Positions 1 to 9,999 of a stretch of DNA of 64,000 nucleotides are shown here, one piece after another. Both the position numbers and the translations under genes were made by a program. Location of the stretch: the NCBI GenBank assembly GCA_016283295.1, contig JAEEMQ010000024.1:325-64324 (forward strand), written 5' to 3'. This DNA is from Alphaproteobacteria bacterium (GTDB lineage: Bacteria > Pseudomonadota > Alphaproteobacteria > RF32 > CAG-239). The notes under the pieces were generated by a model, which did no database searches, was not told the origin of the DNA, and saw nothing but the letters and a program-made list of their open reading frames with translations. How positions within the stretch are numbered: position 1 is the first letter of the stretch; each line of letters begins with the position of its first letter.

Positions 1-45
1 CACGCGTCGTTCGATATCCTCGTATTTTTCTTTACTAATCCACAT
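1..45 (-). CDS. 5' end of an unidentified CDS running off the left edge (MWISKEKYEDIERRV...)
   Basis: ATG at 45-43 lies 1 nt after the TAA (49-47) of the WYL gene on the same strand. The frame is open to position 1. Only 15 codons are visible, so no product call. Confidence 0.3.
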   Translation of the reverse strand, partial: MWISKEKYEDIERRV

Positions 46-46
46 T

Positions 47-1012
47 TTATGCCTTCCAAACCTTACGCTTGTTAAAGTCTTTTGGTTTGATAACCTTGAC
101 GTGCTTTCCCCAAGTGTAGAGGTGCCAATCCATTTCTCTTGCACCACCTGCATGGAATTTAACCGTTAGCGTGCCATCGGGATTTTCAATCATTTCTTGG
201 GTTGGGTGGAAAATGTATTTGGCCGCTTCTTTGGCGACTTCCTTATCAAACTTCCATTCTACGTCAAACGGCTCCTCTTGATACACCCCGAACGACTGCC
301 GGCTGAACTCTTCGAGCGAGAACGAAGCATCCCGCGTGAAATACTCGTCTAACACCTGTATATCCTCAATGTTGTTCAAGTCAAAACTGCACATTTTCTT
401 GCGTTTGGTATGCCACGCAATCAAATAATGCTTGTTGCCGTAAAGAAAACCATACGGATGCACCGTGCGCCATTCGTCTTTGGTCTTGGATTGATACTTG
501 ATTTTGATGACTTTGCAAGCAATCACGGCATTACGCAGCTTTTGCATAAACTTATCGTCAACTTTGATTTTCGGCCCTGGGCGCAAAGCATAACCTTCCG
601 CCTCAAGCAAGACCTCGGCATCTGGCTCAATACGGTTGAGCGCTTCGCTGCTCATAGAGGCCTTGATTTTATGCATAACCGTTTCAATCGCCGCTACATC
701 TTCCGGCATTTTGGTTTTCATGAGTTTGATGGCATTTTGCAACGCATTGATTTCACTGAGTGAAAAGCCGACATATTGCCCGAGAGAGCCTTGCGGAATA
801 TACCAACGTTTGGTGTTGTGGGCACCGTTAATCTCCTTAATCTGCGGAAACTGCTCCTTAACCATATCTTTCATACGAATAGCGGTGCGCTTGGAAACCT
901 TGAATTTCTGCATAATATCAACAATAGACACGCCATTTTCGGCATTTTGCATCCATAGCGACATTTCTAACAACTTCTGCGTCTTTTGGTAAAACATATC
1001 AAACCTCTTCAA
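47..1012 (-). CDS. HTH-WYL-domain transcriptional regulator (BrxR/CapW-like architecture)
   Basis: 321-aa ORF. N-terminal HTH-like segment VSIVDIMQKFKVSKRTAIRMKDMV, central WYL-type motif HPYGFLYGNKHYLIAWH, and a C-terminal extension. Its start lies 1 nt after the stop of the upstream gene. Confidence 0.8.
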   Translation of the reverse strand: MKRFDMFYQKTQKLLEMSLWMQNAENGVSIVDIMQKFKVSKRTAIRMKDMVKEQFPQIKEINGAHNTKRWYIPQGSLGQYVGFSLSEINALQNAIKLMKTKMPEDVAAIETVMHKIKASMSSEALNRIEPDAEVLLEAEGYALRPGPKIKVDDKFMQKLRNAVIACKVIKIKYQSKTKDEWRTVHPYGFLYGNKHYLIAWHTKRKKMCSFDLNNIEDIQVLDEYFTRDASFSLEEFSRQSFGVYQEEPFDVEWKFDKEVAKEAAKYIFHPTQEMIENPDGTLTVKFHAGGAREMDWHLYTWGKHVKVIKPKDFNKRKVWKA

Positions 1013-1013
1013 A

Positions 1014-1619
1014 TTAGCATATATCTGGTAAATCTTTCAATTTCTTTCCATTATATTCAAAGTATGCAGCTCCTTGATAAGCACCACTTTTATTAGCTTC
1101 TCCTCGCTCTTGAAATAATTTCAAAGCTAACGGGGATAATTTGAATTTTTCTCCATTATATTCAACTTCTCGATCGTTAATAACTTTTGCTGTTATATTT
1201 TTATCTTTGATAAAAGTGATAATAGAACCTACTTTTATTCCTTTTTTAGAAAAATTGAATAATTTGTTTTGTTCATTAGTTTTATCTAATTCTGCAAATT
1301 CTTTTTCTTTATCTTGAACTTCAGGAAAGACAACTTGCCCTTCAAACGCCATTAGCAGTCTTTTAACTAATTCTGGATTGAGGCAAAATAATTCAGTATC
1401 TCCAATCCTTTGTTGGGAGAATACATCTTGTAGTAATCTTTCTTTAGCTTTGTAATCAGAAACTTTGATGGCAAATAGTTTATGTAATCCATTAATTTGA
1501 CGGTAGCCATTTGATTCTAAAAACCGCATACGCTCATTGTATTGTTTTTCCTTTGTAATTCCTATTTTAATCAAATTTTGCATAACTGTTGTCATAATAT
1601 AAACGATACCTTCTTCCAT
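1014..1619 (-). CDS. T5orf172 / GIY-YIG-superfamily domain protein with a C-terminal extension
   Basis: 201-aa ORF. N-terminus GIVYIMTT...LIKIGIT...R...E(x)L...F...R....ELF fits the T5orf172 (MUG113) pattern. First gene of the minus-strand operon, with an AAAGGAA ribosome-binding site upstream. Confidence 0.65.
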   Translation of the reverse strand: MEEGIVYIMTTVMQNLIKIGITKEKQYNERMRFLESNGYRQINGLHKLFAIKVSDYKAKERLLQDVFSQQRIGDTELFCLNPELVKRLLMAFEGQVVFPEVQDKEKEFAELDKTNEQNKLFNFSKKGIKVGSIITFIKDKNITAKVINDREVEYNGEKFKLSPLALKLFQERGEANKSGAYQGAAYFEYNGKKLKDLPDIC

Positions 1620-1827
1620 ATCAAATTCCTTTCTTATAAATCGAAACTAATATAAAGGTAAACCAACGATATTTAAAAAGGGTAAAGATAATGTCAGATT
1701 GTGGCAATGGTTTATACTAAGACTATTGCAATTGAAATTATTCAGTGTTAGATGTGGATATAATAACTTAATACTTGCAGTTGTTTGTGTAAAGGTTAGA
1801 GTTTAACTATAAGCAAGGAGAGTGTTA

Positions 1828-3093
1828 ATGGATAATGATTCTGTACTGGTAATGAATGTCGGAACGGGGGTTAAAGAAGAAAATAATCATTCTTCTTATA
1901 TAGAAGTAGTAAAGAAAGCAATTGACACAGCTGGCGCTTACAATATTGTTTTAATTTATTCGCAAAATGAGGTTAGTGAGCAAATTGTCGGTGAAATATG
2001 CGAAGATTATAATGAAACGTACCATATAGATAAACACAAACTTCCAAATAAAGAAATGGAATTTAATTTTGATGCGTGTTATAAAGAATATGATGAGTTG
2101 TTGAGAGATTATGCCGACAAACATATTATTCTTGATGTAACGCACGGAACGAAGGCAATGAGTGCGGCTCTTTATGCAGTGGGTTTGCACTATGATGTCA
2201 GAATTTTTCAATATAGCAAGAAGATAGAAAATAGTGACGGAGATTTTGTTGCCGGTGCGGAAACTATAGAAATTTTTGAGGCCTCATACGCAAGGTGGCG
2301 TGGGATATTCAAACAATGCCGGACATTGTTTGCCTCCAGACAATACGAAGCCGTAAAGGATATTGTTTCTAACGAAAAGTGCCCGAAAAATTTGGTTCGT
2401 GCAAAGGACGATTGTATCCAATTATCTGAATTTTGTGCCGCTTGGGATAGATTCGATTATAATATGGCCTTAGCGAAATTAGAAGAACTAGAAACTACAA
2501 TTCCGGAATTGAATTATGAGTATAGTCCTCAGGTCGAGAAATTGTTAAGTGTCTTGGCAGACGGCACCTCTCCATTAGAAAGAGCCAAATATCTTATGTT
2601 TGATTTGTATGCTAACGGATTAAGAAGATTGAAAAATGCTCAATACGAAGATGCCGGTGTCAGAGCTTATCGTATGGCAGAAATGTTGGGACAAATATAT
2701 TTAATGAAAGAAGGGTATCAATCTGACAGAATGCCTGCTTCAGATAAGAAAGTAAGTAGTTTTGCCGAAGCAAAAGGTATGCGATCAGAGGGAGGAACTT
2801 ATCGATTTAACAGAACTCAGGTAATAGATTTTTTGGACCAACAGTTAAACTATAATCCAAATGATATAAGATTTTTGAGAGATATAGAGAAAGATGTCCG
2901 TGATTTGCGAAACAAATCCATTCTGATTCACGGATATACAGCAAAAGTTGTTTCATCTGAAAGATTAGAACGTATTTTCAGTAGACGGCTATTTCCAAAG
3001 ATGAAAGAACTTATTCAAGAATCGGAATTTAACGAAATTCTGCAATCAGCTATGTTTTTGAACAATAATTTTAAGGCAGAAAATAATGAATGA
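1828..3093 (+). CDS. CARF-HEPN ancillary effector, Cas02710 (TIGR02710)-like, Csm6/Csx1 class
   Basis: N-terminal Rossmann-like CARF motifs (VMNVGTG, LDVTHGTKAMSAALY). C-terminal HEPN-type R-x6-H motif (LRNKSILIHGY). About 420 aa, as expected for the family. AGGAG lies 7 nt before the ATG at 1828; the track ORF starts at GTG 1822. The 3' end overlaps the cas10 start by 8 nt. Confidence 0.7.
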   Translation: MDNDSVLVMNVGTGVKEENNHSSYIEVVKKAIDTAGAYNIVLIYSQNEVSEQIVGEICEDYNETYHIDKHKLPNKEMEFNFDACYKEYDELLRDYADKHIILDVTHGTKAMSAALYAVGLHYDVRIFQYSKKIENSDGDFVAGAETIEIFEASYARWRGIFKQCRTLFASRQYEAVKDIVSNEKCPKNLVRAKDDCIQLSEFCAAWDRFDYNMALAKLEELETTIPELNYEYSPQVEKLLSVLADGTSPLERAKYLMFDLYANGLRRLKNAQYEDAGVRAYRMAEMLGQIYLMKEGYQSDRMPASDKKVSSFAEAKGMRSEGGTYRFNRTQVIDFLDQQLNYNPNDIRFLRDIEKDVRDLRNKSILIHGYTAKVVSSERLERIFSRRLFPKMKELIQESEFNEILQSAMFLNNNFKAENNE

Positions 3094-5602
3094 ATTGCTT
3101 ATACCATCGTGCCGTATGGCATTTTCGGCATTGATACACGATATCGGAAAGTTTGCCGAGCGTGCAAAAATAAATATCTCGCCGGCGGAAAAAGAGAATA
3201 ATGTGCATATCTATTGTCCGTTTAATGAACAAGGCGGATACCATACGCATATCCACGCGGCATATACGGGTATAGCCATCGACATTATTGAAAAGTATCT
3301 GCCTGCCATAAATAATACGGATACATTTCCGTTTCAGACGGATGACAAAGATAATTCCGTAATCAACGCGGCGGCGAAGCATCATCGACCGAATACATAT
3401 TTGCAAAATATAATCAGCACGGCAGACCGATTATCAAGCGCGTTTGAGCGCACAAAATATGATGAATATAACAATACATTGGATAATGAAAACTATCAAC
3501 AGGCGCGGCTTATTCCGCTGTTTGATAAATTGTTTGCCAAAGACAGACAAGTTGATTTCAAGTATCGATATCCTTTGGAAATTATGTCGCCGAAAGGTAT
3601 ATTTCCGGAGTTAAAACACAGCATTGATAAAGAAGAAGCAACTAAGGAATATAATCGGCTTTGGAACGGCTTTATACAAGATGTGCAAAAAATACGTAAC
3701 CGTGAAAATTGGAATTTGTGGTTAGATAATTTTGATACACTGTATGCTCTGTATGCACAAAATATTCCGTCAGCATCATATAAAACATTAGCCGATGTTT
3801 CGTTGTATGACCATTCAAAAAGCACGGCGGCACTGGCAACAGCGCTTTGGCGGTATCATCTTGAAACAAAAACGGAAACAATCGATGCATTGAAAAATGA
3901 TTCGGAACAAAAGTTTTTGCTTATTCAGGGCGATGTTTCGGGCATACAGGATTATATCTTTGAAACAGGAAAACATTCGCGCAAAAATGCGTATAAGTTT
4001 TTACGCGGACGTTCTTTTATGATTTCGCTGTTTTGTGAATGTGCCGCACTTAAAATACTGGATACGCTCGGGTTGCCTTCAACTTCGCAAATAATGAATG
4101 CGGCCGGAAAATTTGTTATTGTGGCACCGAATACCGATGAGGTGAAAAAACAACTCGGGCAAGTTAAAAATGAACTGAATAACTGGTTTAAATCAGAATA
4201 TTACGGCTTGGTTTCGGTCGGAATTGCATCAATTGAAGCTTCGCAGCAAGATTTTGAAAATAAAAACTTTTCATCTTTACAGGAGAATATTTATCATTCA
4301 TTAAGTATCGCTAAAATGCAAAAGTTTGATTTATGTCACGAATATTCGGAATTTGATGACTTTTTAACGCGATATAACAAAGATAAAGGCGTTTGTTGTT
4401 ATGACGGAAAAATGCCGGCAGAAGAATTGGTCCCGAATACCGAAAATGATTGGGCTTGCAAGCGTTGTAAGGATATTCTCTCATTAAGCGAACATTTAAC
4501 GCGGCAAAGCCGGATATTTATTTCGCAAACACCGCAAGACAACGGTTTCAAAACCGATATATTAGGATATTATGTCGGTTGGCAAAAATCAGACGATGAT
4601 CTTCGGATATGGGATATTTCTTTACCGACAAATGATGAAAAATCAATGTATTGCGGTTATGCTAAGCGCTATATTAATGCCTATATTCCGAGATTTACGG
4701 AAGATGATCTAGCTAAAAACGAAAGTATTTTTACGCCGAATAATAAATTAGAAAAGGCGGAGGCGGATAAGCCGAAAACATTTTCACATTTAGCTGTTGA
4801 AAATTGTATGTTTGAAGGGAATAAAATAAAAACAGTCTCGGCATTGATGTGTGTGAAAGGCGATATTGATAATTTAGGACATATTTTGCAAGCAGGTCTA
4901 AAGGAAACGACATTTGCAACAATGGCGGGGCTGAGCCGTCAAATCAATAACTTTTTTGCCGTATGGCTGCCTGATTTGTGTCAGACAAAAGCTAAAAATA
5001 TATATACGGTGTTTGCTGGCGGTGATGATTTTTATTTAATCGGACCGTGGTTGGATATGGTAGAGATTATACCGATTATCAGAAAAAAGTTTGCCGAATA
5101 TGTTTGTAATAATGTTCAGATTACTTTCTCGGTAGGTATGTGTATGACGCGTTCCGGTGATGATGCGGTTAATATGTCGGATATGGCTGAAAATGCACTC
5201 GAAAAAGCAAAGAAGCGTGAAGTAGGCAATGAAACAAAAAATGCGGTATGTTGTTTTAATCAAGTGGTTTCCTATACCGATTATGAAAACCTTTTGGAAC
5301 AAGAAAAAACGTTGGAACAGCTGCATCAAAAGTATGGGATATCCGGTAGTTACATATATGGTCTTTTGTCGTTGTGTGAAGATGCTGATGCCGTAAATAA
5401 AGATTTTATGCGCGCTATGTGGCGTTCGAAATTAGTGTACCGAACACAGCGAATGATTGAGACCAATCGCAACATTAAAGATGAAGATAAACAAACTGTA
5501 ACAAACACAATTGTTCAACATATTGCTTCGGCCATTGAACAATATAAAACAGACTACAAAATAGCATTATTTATATGGCTTTATAAACATAGGGAGAACT
5601 GA
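3086..5602 (+). CDS. cas10: Cas10 (Csm1), type III large subunit with HD nuclease and GGDD cyclase motifs
   Basis: 838 aa. HD motif SALIHDIGKF at the N-terminus, Cys-rich zinc finger (CCYDG...CKRC), and palm motif FAGGDDFYLIGPW. Confidence 0.92.
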   Translation: MNELLIPSCRMAFSALIHDIGKFAERAKINISPAEKENNVHIYCPFNEQGGYHTHIHAAYTGIAIDIIEKYLPAINNTDTFPFQTDDKDNSVINAAAKHHRPNTYLQNIISTADRLSSAFERTKYDEYNNTLDNENYQQARLIPLFDKLFAKDRQVDFKYRYPLEIMSPKGIFPELKHSIDKEEATKEYNRLWNGFIQDVQKIRNRENWNLWLDNFDTLYALYAQNIPSASYKTLADVSLYDHSKSTAALATALWRYHLETKTETIDALKNDSEQKFLLIQGDVSGIQDYIFETGKHSRKNAYKFLRGRSFMISLFCECAALKILDTLGLPSTSQIMNAAGKFVIVAPNTDEVKKQLGQVKNELNNWFKSEYYGLVSVGIASIEASQQDFENKNFSSLQENIYHSLSIAKMQKFDLCHEYSEFDDFLTRYNKDKGVCCYDGKMPAEELVPNTENDWACKRCKDILSLSEHLTRQSRIFISQTPQDNGFKTDILGYYVGWQKSDDDLRIWDISLPTNDEKSMYCGYAKRYINAYIPRFTEDDLAKNESIFTPNNKLEKAEADKPKTFSHLAVENCMFEGNKIKTVSALMCVKGDIDNLGHILQAGLKETTFATMAGLSRQINNFFAVWLPDLCQTKAKNIYTVFAGGDDFYLIGPWLDMVEIIPIIRKKFAEYVCNNVQITFSVGMCMTRSGDDAVNMSDMAENALEKAKKREVGNETKNAVCCFNQVVSYTDYENLLEQEKTLEQLHQKYGISGSYIYGLLSLCEDADAVNKDFMRAMWRSKLVYRTQRMIETNRNIKDEDKQTVTNTIVQHIASAIEQYKTDYKIALFIWLYKHREN

Positions 5603-5603
5603 A

Positions 5604-6056
5604 ATGGAATTATCAAATAATAAACGAAGTTTTACACCGCAAAGTCGTGATTTTCACAGTGGTGTGAAAGTTTTAGAAGACAGAACATTGCCGAATTTTG
5701 ATATAAGAAATCTTACAAAGGACTTGTTTGATAAAACGGCGGATGATTGCGCAAAAATAATTTCAGAATGCAAAGATCAGAATAAATCTACTCAAATTCG
5801 CCGATTTTATGATGAGTTGGTAATGTGGGAAGATCGAGCTTCTGTTTCTGAGATAGCATATAAAAATGCTGAACCTTTCATTTTTATGATAAAGTCAAAA
5901 GTTGCGTATGCCAAGGGACGTAAAACCGTCGATGCAACGTTCAAAAAATTTATGGATAAAGTAATTGATCAAATTTCCGACGCTAAAACATTGAAAAATG
6001 CCAAAATGTTTATGGAAGCGGTTATGGGCTTTTACAAGTCATATAGACAAGACTAA
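5604..6056 (+). CDS. csm2: Csm2 (Cas11) small subunit
   Basis: 150-aa helical protein directly after cas10 (1-nt gap). Contains the STQIRRFYDEL motif typical of Csm2. Confidence 0.8.
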   Translation: MELSNNKRSFTPQSRDFHSGVKVLEDRTLPNFDIRNLTKDLFDKTADDCAKIISECKDQNKSTQIRRFYDELVMWEDRASVSEIAYKNAEPFIFMIKSKVAYAKGRKTVDATFKKFMDKVIDQISDAKTLKNAKMFMEAVMGFYKSYRQD

Positions 6057-6071
6057 AAAAGGAGAAAATAG

Positions 6072-6716
6072 ATGAGTTTTACGATAAAAATGCTTACGGG
6101 AAAAATTAAGACTGTTACTGGTTTGCATATTGGTTCCGGCAATTCGGAAATGCACATCGGCGGCACGGATAATCCGGTAATTAAAAACGGCTCGGAGCCT
6201 TATATTCCAGGTTCTTCACTAAAAGGCAAGTTGCGTAGTTTGCTTTGTTTATATACTGGTGATGCCAATTCGGAAATCGTAGCGAAATTGTTCGGCGTTT
6301 CTGCCGATGATAAAACAAACAAGGCGGAACTGATTAAAACCACTCGTTTATCTTTTTGGGATTGTTTTATCACTGAAGAATGGCGTAAAAATATCATTGA
6401 TAAGCAAGCCGGATTTACCGAAGTAAAAATGGAAAACACAATTGACCGCGCCACCGGAACATCTAATAATCTCCGCAATACAGAGCGCGTAATACCGGAA
6501 ACCGAATTTGACTTCAAACTGACCTTGAAAGTTTTCGATGATGAAGATGTGCTTCCGGTTGTTTTAGGAACAATGAAGTTGTTGGAAATGGATAGCTTGG
6601 GCGGTTCCGGCTCGCGCGGTTACGGCAAAATTAAATTTATCGACCTGAAAATCGATGATACTGATATTCAAGGCGATTTTGATGCAGTTAAACCTTTTGA
6701 AAAACGTTTTATTTAG
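6072..6716 (+). CDS. csm3: Csm3 (Cas7) RAMP backbone subunit
   Basis: 214 aa. Motifs TGLHIGSG, IPGSSLKGKLRSLL and a C-terminal G-rich loop LGGSGSRGYGKI. AGGAGAA ribosome-binding site. Confidence 0.92.
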   Translation: MSFTIKMLTGKIKTVTGLHIGSGNSEMHIGGTDNPVIKNGSEPYIPGSSLKGKLRSLLCLYTGDANSEIVAKLFGVSADDKTNKAELIKTTRLSFWDCFITEEWRKNIIDKQAGFTEVKMENTIDRATGTSNNLRNTERVIPETEFDFKLTLKVFDDEDVLPVVLGTMKLLEMDSLGGSGSRGYGKIKFIDLKIDDTDIQGDFDAVKPFEKRFI

Positions 6717-6728
6717 CGAGAGTTTTAT

Positions 6729-7676
6729 ATGAATTTATATCAGATAAACATCCGTCCGTTCGGCAGTTTTTATTCGTCGATAAAAGGCGATATGCTGTTT
6801 GGAATGTTTTGTTGGGCGGTTGTTGAAAATTTAGGAGAAGAGCGGCTCAAGAAGTGCCTAGAAGGATATACGCAAAATCGTCCGTTTATTGTGTTTTCTG
6901 ATGCATTTCCTTGCGGATATCTGCCTAAGCCGACATTGCCATTTACATATTATCAAAAAGAGCAAAAAGACAGGAGCGAAGCCGTTCGCAACCGTAAAGA
7001 TTTTAAGCGTAAAAATTGGCTTGCGGCAGATAAAATAGGTATGCCGACAAATCAGATGTCGAAACTGTTTCAAGAGATTCCGTATATTGCAAAATCGCTT
7101 TATACCGCGGTGCATCTTGATCCTGTGTCTCAGCACACGAGCGGTGGACAATATTCGGCATATACTACTGAGCAATTGTCTTATACGAAGGATTTGACAT
7201 TGTATGTTCTGATTGACGAACAGCGAATTTCGCCCTCTGAAGTGCAAACACTTCTGCAATATATCGGGCAAAGCGGCTACGGTAAAAAAGCTTCGGCCGG
7301 AAACGGCAAGTTTGAACTGCTTGATGATTTGAAGGCGGTTGAGTTTTCGGATGTTTCATCGCCGTCATACTTAACTTTGGCACCGTGTGTTCCGCAACAA
7401 CAAACATTTGATGCTAACAAAAGTTTTTACCATATCTTTGTGCGCTTCGGCAAACACGGCAATATGGCGGCGCGTTCCGGATGTCCATTTAAAAAGCCGG
7501 TTATGACGGCGGATACGGGAGCCGTATTCACATTTTTGCCGGAGCACAAGGTGGATAAGCCGAAATTTATCGGCACCGGCATAAGCAATATTTCGCAAAC
7601 CGAGCCGGCAACTGTATTTCAAGGGTATGCACCGGTTATTCCGCTAAAAATAACGGAGGCAGAACATGGAAAATAA
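6729..7676 (+). CDS. csm4: Csm4 (Cas5-like) RAMP subunit
   Basis: 315 aa. Position between csm3 and csm5. N-terminus (IRPFGSF...GDMLFGMFCWA) and GYGKKASAGNGKF glycine loop. Confidence 0.8.
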   Translation: MNLYQINIRPFGSFYSSIKGDMLFGMFCWAVVENLGEERLKKCLEGYTQNRPFIVFSDAFPCGYLPKPTLPFTYYQKEQKDRSEAVRNRKDFKRKNWLAADKIGMPTNQMSKLFQEIPYIAKSLYTAVHLDPVSQHTSGGQYSAYTTEQLSYTKDLTLYVLIDEQRISPSEVQTLLQYIGQSGYGKKASAGNGKFELLDDLKAVEFSDVSSPSYLTLAPCVPQQQTFDANKSFYHIFVRFGKHGNMAARSGCPFKKPVMTADTGAVFTFLPEHKVDKPKFIGTGISNISQTEPATVFQGYAPVIPLKITEAEHGK

Positions 7677-8964
7677 AGTATTGCAAGCGTATAATCTGAA
7701 AATAACGACATTTTCGCCGATTCACATCGGGGATAATGTTGATTTTGAGCCGACGGAATATATTATTGCAAATTCTGACGCGGTAGTGCAAATTGCGCCA
7801 AAATCGGCAGAAACGGAAGATTTTATTATATGTCCGGAATGCGGATATAAAAACAATATTGCCAAATTAGATAAGAAGATACCTCAATGTTTGGATTGTG
7901 AAAGCGATTTAGAGTTGCCGGAGCATATAGCAAAGAAAGAATCTGAAAAACTTCCCGCCAACAGCACACCGTCATATCTTTACACATTTACCCCGAAGCA
8001 GATGGCAGAAGCACTATCGGACATTGATAAGAAAAAGTTGCTGACCGTGGCGCGCGAGGGCGATTATACTTCGTTGCAGAAGTTCTTTAAGGATAACACG
8101 TCTAAAATCATCAAAACTGCAGTAAAACATTCAAAAGTGTGTCCGGCGGTTGCAAAGCAATATGCGGATAAATGCGGCAATATGGATGTTCCGCAAAAAG
8201 AAAGAAATCAGTTTAAAATTGAAAAAAACATTTGCAATTTGGCAACCGATTTGGCGTATATTCCCGGTTCGTCGCTTAAAGGGGCAATTCGCACGGCATT
8301 GATGTCGGAGCGCAATCAATCAGCAGGGGTGACTTATAGAGATATTGAAAAGAAGAAACAAACACCGAAAGGCGAGAAAATAACTTATACCGCCGCGCCT
8401 GCCGAAAGAAAAATATATGAATACGGAGATCCGGCACAGGACCCGTTTAAATACCTGAAAATCGGCGATTCCACACCGCAGAATGCGTATTTGACCGAAA
8501 TCTGCGTGGCAAAGAATTATAAACGTCGCACCGGAGAAACGCAAATGCCGGTTTCCATCGAGGTTATTCCGCACGACATTGCGTTTACTACGGAATTGTC
8601 ATTAGCCGAAAACTCGTTTGCCAAAGCGCCGACACACAAAAAGCTGCCGGATACAATGTCGGATATCAGAACGGCGTGCAATAATTTTTACGGCGATATT
8701 TTGGCGCATGAGCAGTCGTATATCAACCAACCGGCATTATATACAAAGCTGAAACAGGCCTCGCAAAAACCGAATGCTTTTATTATCCGCATCGGCAAGC
8801 ACAGCGGCGCCGAGAGTGTGACCATCGACGGTCTGCGACGGATTCAAAACAGAAAATGCCCGAATTATTTTATGGACCATTCCACAACCTATTGGTTGGC
8901 GGAAAACGGACGCGAAAATTTGCCTTTCGGTTGGTGCGTTGTGGAGTATGATGAGGTAAAATAA
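7666..8964 (+). CDS. csm5: Csm5 RAMP subunit with an N-terminal CxxC...CxxC insertion
   Basis: 432 aa. Motifs SPIHIGD and YIPGSSLKGAIRTAL. CPEC (residues 56-59) and CLDC (residues 75-78) are encoded at 7831-7899. GGAGG ribosome-binding site. Overlaps csm4 by 11 nt. Confidence 0.8.
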   Translation: MENKVLQAYNLKITTFSPIHIGDNVDFEPTEYIIANSDAVVQIAPKSAETEDFIICPECGYKNNIAKLDKKIPQCLDCESDLELPEHIAKKESEKLPANSTPSYLYTFTPKQMAEALSDIDKKKLLTVAREGDYTSLQKFFKDNTSKIIKTAVKHSKVCPAVAKQYADKCGNMDVPQKERNQFKIEKNICNLATDLAYIPGSSLKGAIRTALMSERNQSAGVTYRDIEKKKQTPKGEKITYTAAPAERKIYEYGDPAQDPFKYLKIGDSTPQNAYLTEICVAKNYKRRTGETQMPVSIEVIPHDIAFTTELSLAENSFAKAPTHKKLPDTMSDIRTACNNFYGDILAHEQSYINQPALYTKLKQASQKPNAFIIRIGKHSGAESVTIDGLRRIQNRKCPNYFMDHSTTYWLAENGRENLPFGWCVVEYDEVK

Positions 8965-9896
8965 TGTTTCCGCTCATTAAAATACGCTTAATCTTCAAAG
9001 CATTGCAAGACATAAACTTTCCGTATTATGCCGGCTCGGCGTTGCGCGGTGTGTTCGGCAAATCGCTGCGCCGTGTTTCCTGTTTAACCCCAAAGACCAA
9101 ATGCACCGAATGCGCCATGGCAATAAATTGTCCGTATGCTTCAGTGTTTGAAAACGGATATGTCGCACAGGGCAAGCCGAATAAAAATGTGCCGAATCCG
9201 TATATAATCGAGCCGATGCCGTTGGGAGCAAAAGAAGTCAAACAAGGCGAATGTTTTGCATTTGAGCAAATTATTTTCGGCACGGCAGTCAGCAAATTGT
9301 CGTATATTCTGTTGGCATGGGTAAAAACCGGCAATTTGGGCTTTACAAAAGAGCGAACACCGGCGCAGTTGTTGCGTATTGAGCAAATAGAGCCGAATGG
9401 TAACATTTTGTTGTTGCACGACTTGGAAAATCCGACGCAGGAAACGGATTTGGCACAACCGACGTATGAACTTTTGCCGGAAAAAGTGGTGGAGCGACTT
9501 CAAATAGTGTTAGAAACACCGCTGAGGATACATCATCTCGGTCATCCGATAGTGCCGGAAGCGTTGACGGCGCAGGATTTTTTGGTATCAATGATGCGTA
9601 AACAGGCAAATATGGCGCAATATCATATTGCTGATTATGCACCGAATAAAAAAATGCTGCACGACATTATTCCGAGTATAAAGATAGAAAAAGCTGATTT
9701 GCACTGGCTGGATTGGAAACGTTATTCTTCGCGACAAAAGCAAGAAATTGCATTAGGCGGTATTATCGGCACGTTTGAATTGAGCGGAGATTTAGAAAAA
9801 CTATATCCGTATATAAAGGCGGGAGAATATTTTCATTGCGGCAAAAGCACAGTTATGGGTTTGGGTAAATACCGCGTTATAGAACATCGTAAATAA
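8964..9896 (+). CDS. cas6: Cas6 pre-crRNA endoribonuclease (Cys-cluster variant)
   Basis: 310 aa. N-terminus AGSALRGVFGKSLRR followed by C-x6-C-x2-C-x4-C. C-terminal glycine-rich loop HCGKSTVMGLGKY. Last gene before the leader and array, with ATG overlapping the csm5 stop. Confidence 0.75.
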   Translation: MFPLIKIRLIFKALQDINFPYYAGSALRGVFGKSLRRVSCLTPKTKCTECAMAINCPYASVFENGYVAQGKPNKNVPNPYIIEPMPLGAKEVKQGECFAFEQIIFGTAVSKLSYILLAWVKTGNLGFTKERTPAQLLRIEQIEPNGNILLLHDLENPTQETDLAQPTYELLPEKVVERLQIVLETPLRIHHLGHPIVPEALTAQDFLVSMMRKQANMAQYHIADYAPNKKMLHDIIPSIKIEKADLHWLDWKRYSSRQKQEIALGGIIGTFELSGDLEKLYPYIKAGEYFHCGKSTVMGLGKYRVIEHRK

Positions 9897-9999
9897 GAAA
9901 AAAACACTAAAAAAATGATGTTTTTGGTTATAAAAAAGTCATTTTTTTGCTATGTAAAAGCCGTATTATGTCGTAAAAACAAAAAATTGTGATATAGAG
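9897..9999 (+). promoter_or_regulatory. CRISPR leader (AT-rich)
   Basis: 103-nt AT-rich segment between the cas6 stop and the first, best-conserved repeat. Repeat degeneracy increases away from it. Confidence 0.55.

Noticed and set aside
9986-9995. ATTGTGATAT in the leader, a 9/10 match to the repeat 3' end, considered as an extra degenerate repeat
   Set aside because: There is no 5' half or stem sequence in front of it, and it lies only 4 nt from repeat 1. It was treated as part of the leader.
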